This document shows positions 47,271 to 59,595 of a stretch of 64,000 bases of DNA, piece by piece. The number at the start of each line of letters is the position of its first letter. Position 1 is the first letter of the stretch. The stretch is from Raillietiella orientalis. Lineage: Eukaryota. A program made the translations under genes and the position numbers. The notes under the pieces were generated by a model. The model saw nothing but the letters and a program-made list of their open reading frames with translations. It was not told where the DNA came from and made no database searches. The DNA lies in contig JAYWIR010000074.1 in the NCBI GenBank assembly GCA_036172245.1, positions 1-64,000 of the forward strand. The letters run 5' to 3'.

Positions 47271-49869
47271 TCGCCGAAACCTGGAGGAAGTTGATGGAGG
47301 GGATACTGGTCACAGTACTCTCGGACTTAGCGCTTTATTTTGTCCCAGTCAGCGAGAGTTTGCAGTTCGTAACTACGCAGGAATGCGCGCAGATGTTCGC
47401 GCGCTCCTGCAAGTCGCAACCAGTTCCCCGGCAGGCGCAACGCTTCGGAGGGTGGACCTCTGTGGCGCGGATGAATGTCGATCACTAGCCGAGGGTGATC
47501 GGACAGCTCCGACGCAATTGCTCCTCGAGTCCCCACCCGCGTACACATGTGGTTATCGAGGAACTCTTGGTGGATTCCGCTTCTAGCCCCGGCTTTATCG
47601 GCCAACAAGTTGCGTGTGTGCATAGCCGCACACAACTCGTTGTCCAATTGTGCTCGTATGTCGGGCGCTTCCGACAGCAGGCGGACGTTGAACTCTCCCG
47701 CTATCAGATGCGCCCGCCGCACGCTTGCTTCCGCCAGGCAGTCTCGCCGCAGGGCTTCGAAGAACGCAGTGCGTGCTGCGCGCCTGTGGCTGGTGCAGGG
47801 CGCGTACAGGTTGGTGACTACGAGGTCGATCGATTCGGACCACTTAAGGACAAATTGTCCGACTCGACCTTCCTCGTCGAACTCTGCACTGCGCACCGCA
47901 TTGGCGACGGTTGGCTTCAGCAGGAAGGCCACTACGCGGGAGTGGTCTCCTCCACCTCGCCAAAGTAGCCTCCCCCCTTGTAGACTCTCGATTTCCTGGA
48001 CGTCCTCTGCTCTGAGGGCATGCACCTCTTGAAGTAGTGCCAGATCGATAGGTTGCAGGGTGTCGACCACGCTACGCCTCTTGCTTTCGCTACGCAGCCC
48101 GTTGACATTCCAACAGGCTATACTCAGCTGCCGGCAAGAGGCGAATCCACGCATCATACTAGTGATGGTGGTGGCGTGTGTATTGCCGCCTCCTGTTCGG
48201 GAGGCGGCAGGTCGTTGTCCATCTGCGGTGGTGGCGTTTCGGCAACGAACGGAACGTCTGCAGCCGGACTGAGGTCGAAATGAAGGTTTGACCGGATGCT
48301 GTCGATGGAGGGATCCCGCGACTTCGCGGACATCGCCTTCTCGCTATCCGAGCGCATCTCCTCCTCCTCAGCCTGAGGAAGAGCGACGCGCATAGGGTTG
48401 CACGACTTCCGGCCCGCCTTCCACTTCGGAAGGGCGACGGTAAGAGGGTTTCTGGCTTCCGCCTCGGACCCGGAAGTTTCCGGGCCCTTAACTTCCGCCG
48501 GAAGTCTGACGGCCTTCTTTGCAGCCTTAGGCGGCCGCATTAAGGTGGCCGCGAGTTCCTCCGCCGCCTTCGCGAAGTTTTTCTCGTCGCTGCTGCTCGC
48601 GTGTTTGTCGCAGGATTCCTGCGGCGGTTCCGCGGCGTTCGCGACGGTTGCGGGAGTCGCGTTCGCCGATCGACGCTCGATCGACGGAACGCGCTCGATT
48701 GTAACGCGGCATTCGTTTATGGACTCGCGCGGCGAAATTTTTGGTTTGCCGACCTCGGGTTTTTTGGGAACGCTTGCGTTCTGATTTTTGTCATTTTTTG
48801 TAGGTATTTTTGTTTTTTTTGTGTGTGTTTCTTTTCCTTTATTGTTCGAAACGACTTTCCAGTTTTCCTCGTCGGCAGTTGGCTCAGAATTCTCCTTTTG
48901 AGGCTCCTGCTCCTTGTGCACGACTTCTTCTTAGGTCGGTTGTTGGTCGCGTGTTTTTTGGTTTACTGCCTTCTTCCCCTCATTTGTCGGAGGGGCTGAA
49001 GGCGTTGTCTCGTCGTTTTTCGGGCACACAGCACTAGTGTTGCCCTTCGCGCCGCAGTTTGGGCATGTGGCATCCGGGCATCTCCTTTTAAGATGCCTGA
49101 ATGTGTTGCACAGCCCACAGTATTTTTCCTTCCTTACGTACCAGAGGTCGACGAGCTCGTTGTTGACTTCAAGCTTGTGGGGAAGTTCTTTGTTTTCGCG
49201 GAGAGTTGCGCGCGCGGCCACTCGCCCACTGAATGCGCCTCGATAAGTAAAGGCGTTGAGCTTTGACCACATCGCGTATATCTCCGCGAATTTGTTGATT
49301 CCAGTGCGGATGGCTTCATCGGTCATCGGCACCGTTGTACCCGTGAGGTGGATCACCATAGAGTGATTCACCGTGTGTGGGAGGAGATTGCGCCCTTCGA
49401 ACGGAACGGGCGTGCAGAGCAGTTTGTGTGTGAGCGCTGCATCTTTGCAGATCAGCTCCGCGAACTGCCCGCCGCTCCGAATCGAGAAGCAAAGGATCTC
49501 CTCGTCAGAGATTCCCATCCTACTGATGGCGTTTTCAAATTTCCGCGTTGTAAGCGGTGGATAAAGATTTCCTACCTTGTAAAGGAGGGCTGGGTTGTAG
49601 CCCTCCTTTATGTAGGCCTGCACTTTGGCGGCCACGTCCGGCGGAGCCGCCGCGGCCACCTTGTTCCACGCCCTCGCCGGGGTGGCGGGGGCTGATTTTG
49701 TGGTGGGGCATGACCCCACCTCCATAGGTTGTGGAGACGTGGGCCTCACGTCTCCCGTCGCAGGTACTGCGGCTTCTTCAGTCATTTCTGGCTTCCAACG
49801 GCCGCACTTCCAATCCACACAACACCTAGTTTTGGCTTCGCTCAAGGGAGCTGACCATAAACGCGTGCG
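47271..49869 (-). mobile_element. Family F copy F3: 5' UTR, ORF1 and EN (inverted twin of F2)
   Basis: ORFs 48931-49845, 48154-48921 and 47327-48157 are nearly identical to 12266-13312, 13322-14089 and 14086-14916. Confidence 0.92.
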
Positions 49870-52800
49870 GCACCGGCGCAGGTTTGCCGCATTTTGCGGG
49901 ATTTCTATTCCTCCCTTTACGCGCTGAGACCACCAGAGCGCTCCTTTGCGCAGCGCCTGCTGCTAGAGGGTGCTTCCGCGTTGAGGGAGGAAGAAATAAA
50001 CATCTTCCTCCAAGAGTTCACGATGGAGGAGGTAATCTCCGCCATCATTAAATTAAGAAAAAACAAAGCATAAGGGAAGACGGCCTGCCAGCTGAATTTT
50101 ACCAACACTTCGCTGCAGAGCTGGCCCCGCTGTTGCATAAACTATGTATGCTGATCCGTGAACGTAGGGATGTCCCCAACTTGTTCCGGTCAGCTAGAGT
50201 ACGTCTCCTTCCTAAGGGAGGAGACTTGCGCAACGTTGGCAACTGGCGTCCCATCACTGTAGTGAATGCGGACGCAAAGTTGCTCGCCAAACTGTGGTCT
50301 GAGCGCCTGGGACGGGTTTCGGACTCCATGGTCAGTCCGGAACAGACATACGCTGTTCCCGGACGAACCATAGAGGCCAACCTGTTCCTCGCCAGCACAT
50401 TCTGGCAGTTGCAGCAACGCGAGACGCAGCTACGTCGGGAAAGTCCTGGACTCTCCATTGACAAGGGGGAGGAAAGCCGGGAAGAAAATGCGGCGCCTGG
50501 AGCCCTTGCGGTCGCAGTCGATTTGCGTAAAGTTTTCGATTTTCACCCGGATTTCTCCGAGTCGTTTATCAAAAAAATAAACTTTGTAAACAAATTATTA
50601 ATGGCTGTGGCAATGCTCCAGCCAGAAGCTAAGAACCATGGCGCCTGCCAATTCACCGGTTTCTAGACCAATACGTTTCACCACGGCAGCAGGGAAAAGG
50701 GGAAAAAAAAAAAAAAAAAACTAAGCAAAAAAAAAAAAAGGGTGGGAGGGAACGGGAAGGGATCACTGTTGCTGCTGGGGCTGCATCATCCCTCTCAACG
50801 TGCTGGCAAGCTCTTGTTTGTTGCGAACATCCAGGTGGGGCCATCGCGACGCCCTCCTCAGGAATTCGGAGGCGCACTGGATGGCTTCCTGATCGCTACG
50901 TCCTCCCATCGCCGTGCTCCAGGCAGCGACGATCCTACGAAGGCAGCGCATGACTGCTATCGAGGACGCTGGCCGCAGGTCGTCGGCAACGAAGAAGGCT
51001 TTTAGTGCGTCCCTGGGGTTGCTGCAAGGGATACCGATGGCCGCGGCAAAGCGGTACCAAAGGGGCCGAAGGGCAACACAATCCACTAGGAGGTGGGGGA
51101 GGGACTCCCGTTCCCGCACCTTACACAATTGGGATCCACCGCTCCCCAGGTCTAGTGGTGTCGACGGGCGATGCAGGGGAGTCCCCAGTGCTGCAACAGG
51201 AATGCCGACTCTTGCCATTTTAGTGGGAGGATGGAAGTGTTCATAAGAATCAGGGGCCACTTCAGATGTTCAATCGGAACATCCAGCAGCGCTCCCCAGC
51301 GCAGAAGTCCATTAGGAGGCGTACTCGGGGTCGCAGCATCAGTTAGCTGGCCCGTCTTCCACTCTCTCTGCTTCTTCTCCTTCCCGGAGATTTTTATTGT
51401 AACCTCCCACTTCGCCGCAGCATCGCTGTCCTGATGTTCCAATAGGGAGTCCAGCGCAGCAGCGAGGGGGGTTCTTCCTGACCACGCTCTCTTCATAGGA
51501 TCCTAAGGGATCTCACGGAGCGTGCAACTTCTGTAACACCCAAACATGAACCTTCGTTCCTGATGGGAGGGTTGCATGCCGAACTGTCCCCACGTACGAA
51601 CGGTTTCCTGCAACCAGGCACTACCGTTCGTGGGGAGACAGGTGATCCATCCTTGATTTTTCATTGCCAGCGCAGCCACCCTCCGTAGCTGAAGCCCACA
51701 TCGGTTGATGCGGCATCGATGGAGAGCAAGAAACGACGTAAGTCCCGTCTTGCCGGTGGCTTGCTGAAGGAGGAGACGTGCAGGGACGCACCAACAGGTG
51801 CACCACAACTCCGGCACAAGTGCCAAAATCCGGAACTGGAGCTGCAGCTGCAGCCGCTCGAATGTCAGGAGGCCGAGACCACCGTCCCGACGTGGAGCGC
51901 ACAAGTCCTTCAGGCGGACTCGGGGCCTCCCGTTGCCCCAATGGGCGATACGGAGGAGGTCCTTCGTCCGCTTTTTGATCCTCTCTGTGGGGGGGCAAAC
52001 AAACAGCAGGGAACGGAGGAGAGGAGCCGCGAACATGTTCCAAACCGCGGCCCGTTCAGGCAGGAAAAACCTGCCACCTCGGAACGGGCCGATAGCCGTC
52101 TCTACTTTTTGAAGGCAGCCGGACCACGCTTCCGCAGGAGAGTAGTCCCCCAACGGCACACCAAGGTACTTGAAGTACCTCACCGTGGGGATCCCCAAAC
52201 GGACCCAGTCCTGCTGCCCTGCCCACGCCGCACGAACTGGCATCACGGACGACTTCGCCCTGTTCACCGTAAGCATGGTTCCTCGATTCAGCAGGTCGAA
52301 GAACTTCTCGACCGCCGAAGCCGGGGTGGACATAGGGAGCAGTAACAGGAGGTCGTCCGCATATGCTGAAACCGCAGGCGTTCCGGCGCATTCATGTGGC
52401 AGGTGCGCCAGTGTTCCCCTGAACGCTTTCAGTACCAACTCAAAGTAGGTACTGAAGAGCATGGGGCTCAGGCTGTCTCCTTGCCGGATTCCACGTCGCA
52501 CCGGCACGCCGTGAACAGTATGCCCGCTGAAAGTAACATTGATTAGCGCATCGCGCCAGCTAGAGCGCGCATAGGCCAATAATGAGGCCGGGAAGCACAA
52601 GCGTTCCAAAAGCTCCAGCAGGAGATTCTGGTCGACGATGTCGAATGCTTCTCGCAAGTCGACAGCGACCGCAAGTGCTCACTCCCCAATCCGAACATCC
52701 GTCGCATGACTGACGGACTCATCGGAATTCCCGGTGCGCATAGCCCTTTTCGTTTTGGAGCTCAAGCCAGGTGGAAGCGTGGAACAGGTTCGCCTCCATG

Positions 52801-55665
52801 CTTCGCCCCGGAACAGCATACGTCTGTTCCGGGCTGATGATGGCGTTTGCAAGCCGTCCCAAACGCTCAGCCCAAACCTTAGCTTTCAACTTGGCATCCG
52901 CATTCACTATTGTGATGGGACGCCAGTTGTTCATGCTCCTCAGATATCCTCCCTTAGGGAGAAGCCGCACCTTTGCCGAACGAAACGAGGCGATGACGTC
53001 ACCTGTCTCGCGTATAAGCAAGGTGAGTTGATGTACCAAGGGGGTTAGCTCAGCCGCGAAAGTTCGATAAAACTCCGCGGACAGGCCGTCCTCCCCTGAA
53101 GCCTTTCGCCTCTTGAGCTTTCCGATGGCCGAGATGATCTCGCCCATCGTGAAAAACTCGTCGAGGAACTTTTTCTCCTCTTTTCCGATCGCGAGGGCGC
53201 CTTCCAAAAGAAGGATTCGTGAGAAATCCCGCTCGGGAGGCGTTCTTGCGTACAGGGAGGAGTGAAAACGCCGCAGCACACCGCGGATCTGAGCGGGTGC
53301 CGAATGCTCCTGGCCCTGATCGTCCAGCAAGCTGGCCGATCCTGACTGCCAGGCTTGTCTCTCGGCTCCCGCTTTGTATTCCCCCAGCCTGCGGATGTCG
53401 GGGGTCCTGGCGTAACGGCGAGCCTGCAGATAGGCTCGTTCGTTACGTACCTCGTCCCCAAATCCCGCAGGTAGGCGGTGCAGAGGGAACAGGTCGCAGA
53501 ACTTCTGGACCGACCGTTTAAAGCGGTCCCAATCCTGATGTCTGCATCCTAAAGCTCCGTATAGACGTGCGGAGATGTTCCTTCGCGTCCGGGAGCTTCA
53601 GCCAGTCCCCTGGCAAACGCCACGCTGAAGAGGGGGGGCCCCTGTCGCGCGGATGGATTTCAATCACGATTGGTCGCTGGTGGGACAACTCGCACGGCAT
53701 CTTGCAGCGCCTGCCCACACGAGTGCACAGGTGCTCGTCAAGAAACACGTGATCGATGTTGTCCTCCTTCCCTGGTACACTAGCCAACAAATTACAAGTG
53801 TGCATCGCCGCGCACACCTCGTTGACCAGGTCACGCTCGTTTTTCTGCCCATCCGGTTTCAGACGAACGTTAAAATCGCCTGCCACCAGATGGGCATTCC
53901 GCACGCCTGCCTCGGTCAACCAGTCGCGATGGAGGGCAAGGAAAAATTCTTTCCTGGCCCTCCTGTTCGTCAGGTCCGCTCCGCTCGGGGCGCAAACGTT
54001 CGTAACGATCAGGTCGATCGAGTCGGAGCAGCTGAGAGTCAGCTGGCCGACACGACCGTGATCGTCGAACCGAACTGCACGGGCGGCGGCCTCGATGGCG
54101 GGCCGAAGCAGGTAGGCGATACCACAGCTTCTCGATGTTCCACACCGATACCACAGTCGCCCTCCGTAGATGCGTTCGATCTCCTGCGCTTGTTCTGCAG
54201 AGATCACGTGGATCTCCTGCAGCAGCGCCACTCCTGCGCGCTGCAAGTTCGCCACCGTGCACGCTCTGTGGAGGAGGCCAAATCCTTTAAAGGATTTCCC
54301 CTCTGTCCACATTGGACAAGCCTCCGCGAGGATCACCGTCGCGAACAGGCGTGTTGTGCCTGAGCAGCTGCAGGTGAACGGCACGGTCGTTCACCTGTGG
54401 TTCATAGGCCAGACTCGCGCGTGCGAGCAGTGCGGCAAGGATGGGCACCGAATTAAAGAGTGCCCCTCTTCAAGATGCCGCTATTGCAAAGATTCCGGGC
54501 ACGAAATCAAGAAGTGCCCGGTACTTGCAAGAAAAAGAGCCGCAGCGGAAATTCGTCGGGTTCAAGAGACCACTGCACGAAAAGCCGCAGCGGCAAATAA
54601 AAAACGTCGTCCGCAAAAACTCGAAAAAAACCACGAGCGATCCGCGGATAAAAAGAAAGCATCCCCGCCCGCAACGCCCCGAAAGGGGAAACTCACGGCA
54701 GGGAAGCCAATTAAAAAGGGGCGCGAGGGTTTGACGCGTGCCGTGCCTTCCCTCTCTGCCGAACTCGCAGGCACCTTTCCGAACCTGGAACCAGGAAATC
54801 TCCGTAACACCCTGGAGGGAAAGGTAGGAAAACAGGAAGATCGCAACAGTGCGAAGACTTCTTGCCCCGTTCCGTTGTCCCTTCCTAGTTCCGGACAGCC
54901 CCACTGCAGCGCAGGCCCCACTGCAAAGGCTACGAAAGCCGTAAAAAGCAGCGTCGCAACGAGCAAAAGCACGCTGCATGCAGTCGCCCCATCGCCGACT
55001 CGGCAGGAGAGGAGCAATCTCCCGACTGTCAAGAAGGTGACTCCGTTGCCGCCTTTTAAAGGCGTAGCGAAAGCAACGCCCCCAGAGAACGCAGCGAAAA
55101 TCCCGGAGTTTTCCGCAACTACTGTCGCGGAAGCTTCCGAAAATCGCGAAGGCGAATGGAAGGTTGTGGAGAGGAGGAAAGAAAAATCTCCAAAGAAAGC
55201 TCCGCAACCTCCATCCCTGAGCTCTTCCAAAGGAAAAAGCAGTCGCGCGAATACAAAAACACGCGCGGCTTGTGACTCTTCCAAGGAAAAAGCCAACGCC
55301 TTCAACGCGTGCAAGTCCGCTTCTGTGACCGCCGAGAAGACCATTCCGGTGCAATCGGACGGATGCAAGCGCACGTCGATCGTGCGAGCATCAGACTTCG
55401 CAAAGGAGTCCGATAACGCAGCTGAACGACGCGTAACTCGCGGGGGAGCGAGCGCCCGCAGGGCTGAAGCCCTGAGGCGTGACACACTCGCCGCGGAACG
55501 GCGAGTGCTCACCCCGGAACCCACAGGTTCTGCACCCGGGGAGGAGCACCCGATTACGTGCAGCACAGTTGAGGCCGGTGGCGACCGCGCCCTCCAGCCC
55601 GTCGTGCTGCTTACTGCCCGCTCGCCGGGTGAGGCGAGCACCACGGCCTCGCTTTCCCAGCCGTG

Positions 55666-58600
55666 ATGAGGGCAATCGCGTCTTCTCGTCGTGTTGCCGT
55701 AACGTCTTGGAACGTCAACGGGCTCCAACACGAGGAGAAGAGGCGACTAGTGGCTGACGCTCTGCGCGCCTTCGACTTGACGCTCCTGCAGGAGATTCAC
55801 AGCATCTCCGGAGAGCAGGCTGCCGAAATCGAACGGCGCGCGGGCGGAACGCTACTTTATAGGTGCGGCGTTGCACGTACGTGCGGCGTCGCTTTCCTCG
55901 TGAGAGGAACTTTGGCGGGAGCGGTGCGCAGCGTTCGTTTCGACACGGAAGGCCGAGTGGGACAGCTTGTACTCAAGTGGTCCGACTCGATCGACCTTGT
56001 CGTAACCAACGTGTACGCGCCGAGCGGTGCTGGACGATGGGCCGAAAGGATTGAGTTCTTCGGTACCCTTCAAGGCCAGTGGCTCACTCGATCTCACCCT
56101 ACTGTGGCCCATCTCATTGCGGGGGACTTTACCGTCCACCTGCTTTCCGAGAATAGATCCCACAAAAGGGAAAAGTTGCTAGCGGAAGAGATGTGCGCGT
56201 CCGTGCACGCGTGCAACTTGTTCGCTAGCGACCCTGTTATGGCAGCAACGCCGGACCACGTATACCTTGATGAACACTTGCTCTGTCGAGTGGGTCGGAG
56301 AGGTCCCGTGCCGTCCGTGCTTTCAGACCACAACAGGCTCGAGTTCGAGTTGCTCCCGCCAGGCAAGGGGCCTCAAAACTGTTTTTGGAGGATGCCGGCA
56401 GACTGGCTAAGCCACCCGGAGGCGGCTGAGCATCTTCGCCAGTACCTCCTCGGCTTTGCCATAAGTGAGCTCGAGGACTGGGACGATCTGAAAAGATCGG
56501 TCCGCGAGTTCTGCTGCCGGTTTCCCTTGCACCAGCTTCCGCGCGGCTTCGGAGAGGGCGTAGCCAACAGCAGAGATTTTCTGCAGGCCCGCTCCTTTTC
56601 CAGGCGCGCGGACGTTGGTCGATTATCCGAGTACAAGGCCAAGGCCGAGCGCCAGGTCTGGCAGTCAGGGGCGACAGTTCTTCTCGACGACCAGGACCGG
56701 GAATGCTCGGCTCCAGCCGACGTGCGACGGATAGTCAGGCGCTATTACTCTTCTCTGTATGCAGAGGCACCGACGGAACGCAGCCTCTCCCGGCTGCTTC
56801 TGCCGATTGATGCACCTGTTGTAGACGAGGAGGAACGCGCGCGTCTTGATGAGCCCTTCACGGCAGAGGAAATTTCCTCGGCCATCTCGGGGCTCAAGAG
56901 ACGAAAAGCGCCAGGCGAAGATGGGCTCCCCGCGGAATTCTTTCAGTGTTTTGCGGCGGAGCTCATCCCTCTGGTGCTCAAGCTCTCGTCGCTGATGCGA
57001 GACTCGCGCGATGTCCCCGCCTCGTTTCGCTCAGCGAAGGTGCGTCTACTGCCGAAAGGCGGAGATTTGCGCCAACTGAACAACTGGCGTCCGATCACAT
57101 TAGTGAATTCGGACGTCAAGTTGTTCTCGAAACTTTGGGTGGCGCGGATGGGTAGGATCGCGGAATCGTTGGTAAGTCCGGAGCAGACGTACGCTGTTCC
57201 TGGGCGGTCCATGGACGCGAATCTCTTGTTCATCCGCACATGGCTGCAATTGCAGCATCGTGTGGCGGTGGATCGTCGTGCGGAAGCGACGCCTTCGATC
57301 TCTCACCGACGGAGGCGCGGGACGCAAAGGGAGACACCGGGAGCCTTGGCGGTTGCAGTCGATCTGCACAAAGCTTTCGATTACGTGAACCAAAAGCTTC
57401 TTCTTGAGCTTTTGGAACGTCTGGGTCTTCCGGCATCCCTGTTGGCGTACTTGCGCTCCTGCTGGCGCCACGCGATTACATCCATTGTTTTCAGTGGCTG
57501 TCGCGTGTACGGCGTGCCGGTAAGACGAGGAATTAGGCAGGGTGACAGCTTAAGCCCGCTGCTCTTCAGCATCTATTTTGAATTGGTGCTGGAGGCTTAC
57601 AGGCTGACGCTAGCCAACCTGCCGAGCTCCTGTCCAGGTACGCCGGCCGTGGCAGCCTATGCCGACGACCTGCTTCTCCTGTTGCCCATGTCCACCCCGA
57701 CAGCGTCGCTTGAAGATTTCTTTGAGTTGATCCGTCGCGGTGCGGGCGTGAGCGTTAACAGGAGTAAGTGTATGGTTGTTCCGGGTGGTGCGACGTGGGA
57801 GGGGCAGTCCGACTGGATCGACCTGGGGATCCCCACGGGCAGGTACCTCAGGTACCTTGGCGTGCCGTTGGGCGACTTCTGCGTCTCAGAAGCGTGGTCG
57901 GACTGCCTTCGGAAGGCAGAGCGTGCACTTAGCCCGTTTTCAGGAGGCGAGTTCGTCTTGCCGGAACGGGCCTGCATCTGGAACACCTTCGTTGCCCCCC
58001 TCCTCCGCCCCCTGTTTTTTTGTTTGTCCACCCCCCCAGGAAGTCAAAGTCTGGGCGCAGCGCCTTCTACGCAAAGCGTTGTGGGGCGCTGCAAGATCCC
58101 GTGTTAGACTTAAAGACTTGGTGGCGCCGCGTCAGGATGCAGGCTTGGGCATCCTCGACTTAAACAGCATCGAACTGCAGGTGCAGTTTCGCATGCTGCG
58201 GCTCTGTGCCAAGCTGTGGTGTACGCCGTGGTGCTCACCCGCACGCCTTATACTGAGGCGCTGCACGGGAAGCGAGGGACTGCTTTCGTTGCTACCCCAC
58301 TTTCGGCACACCAGAATAGGGTTTGGCTTCCCGCTGAGGCAGCTGTCCTCACTGCTGGAAGCCCCAAGCTGGATCTCCTGCCGCCCCATGAACATTAATG
58401 CATGGCGGCAGGAATCTTTTTCATCGTGGGCAGCTTCCGAAGGAACGCGCCCGGAAGATCTTCGACGCCTGCGACTTCTCCTCAGTCATCAAATGGACGA
58501 AGTCATGCAGGACAAGAAGTTGTCGGATCGTCTGGCCGCCACACCACTCGCCGTAGCGCTGTCTGCCCTCAGGGCAAGCAACGACGGTTGCCCACCGGCG

Positions 58601-59239
58601 GAATGGGAGTTCTCCTGCAAAATAGCGGGAGTCAGTAAGCTCCTCGGCAGCTGGACGACAAAGGAGCTGGTGCAAGCCGCCACACCTCGGAATCGGGCGA
58701 AGGGACTGCTTCGGTGGAGCGAACATTTAAGTGTGCCCCCCGGAGAGATAGTGGTTCCCCCCGTTTGTTTGGACAGCTCCGTGTTCCCCCTTAAGTGGAA
58801 ACAAGATGTGCTCCTCTTTTTACATTGTGCATTTCACTGTAATAGGCAGCGTAGCATCGTTTCCGGGGGAGCTGCTTTGCCAAACTGTTTAAGGTGCGGA
58901 GAGATCGAGTCTTTTCCGCACCTTTTGTTGGACTGCGGTGACCTCCGGGAACTGTGGCGAAGGCTCACTTCGGCCATCATGCCACAAGGAGGCACTGCCA
59001 TTGATGTGCTGCGGCGCTTCTTCAGCAGAAATGGACTTTCGGTTGGCGCGATTGTCGCAACCATGTGTTGCGTTCGCGCCATCGTGAAGGCCCGCTACGC
59101 CCTGGAGTTGTCATCGCAGCGAAGGGAGGCTCACCTGCTTGCAGCTCACTTCATGGAGAAGGCTTCAAGGTGGTCTCATCTTCGTGACAAGGTGAATGAG
59201 GACATCACCGGCATACATCGCCGGTTTACACCCCTTTGA
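55666..59239 (+). CDS. ORF2 polyprotein of A4 (APE endonuclease, reverse transcriptase, CCHC), ~1190 aa after correcting one +1 frameshift
   Basis: ORFs 55663-58107 and 57776-59239 join across a T7 run (58015-58021) that is T6 in A1. All RT motifs are present; the EN motif reads GDFT instead of GDFN. Confidence 0.9.
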
Positions 59240-59565
59240 GAACGGCGTAATCCGGTGACCCCTGCGACCTCTCGCCCACCCATACCCCGTCCCCGTTCGC
59301 TCGGTAAAATTTCCGGTGCCCATGCTTTTATCCCCGTGTCTTCCAGAGCGATCCCAAAGACCCTTATCCCGTCCTCCTTATTCATTGTTTTTATTTTATT
59401 TTGGTTTCTTTGTGTTTCCCGCCCCCCCACACCGTTCACAAAACTGTTACTCTGGCCTGCGTGCCAGCAATATTCTCTTCATTCTTGTTCAGTCGTCGGT
59501 TAGAGTTTGGTTCCCAACTGGTTTATTTTGTATAATTGCTTTTTTTTTTTGGTTATGTTATATGG

Positions 59566-59595
59566 AATAAACGCCCCGGCGTGACCGGGTGAGAA
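59566..59595 (+). terminator. 3'-terminal signal AATAAA plus GC hairpin (representative; variants at all element 3' ends)
   Basis: AATAAA-cgc-cccgg-cgtga-ccggg-tga. Related ends lie at ~4557, 9545-9572(-), 14973-15001(-), 22603, 26359-26388(-), 28893, 29266-29295(-), 41655, 47242, 50540-50569(-) and 63690. Function is inferred. Confidence 0.7.

Larger units (their letters stand above)
54245..59595 (+). mobile_element. Family A copy A4, 5'-truncated, least decayed copy, nested antisense in E2
   Basis: ORF1 is open from ~54245 to 55666, with TGATG overlap and ORF2 to 59239. Ends AATAAAcgccccggcgtgaccgggtgagaa. A ~50-bp target duplication lies at 54179-54228 / 59596-59645. Confidence 0.94.

Noticed and set aside
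53518..54384. ORFs that look like novel fusion proteins (also 37003-37935, 36281-37006, 12266 N-terminus)
   Set aside because: They are chance read-through across insertion or deletion junctions.
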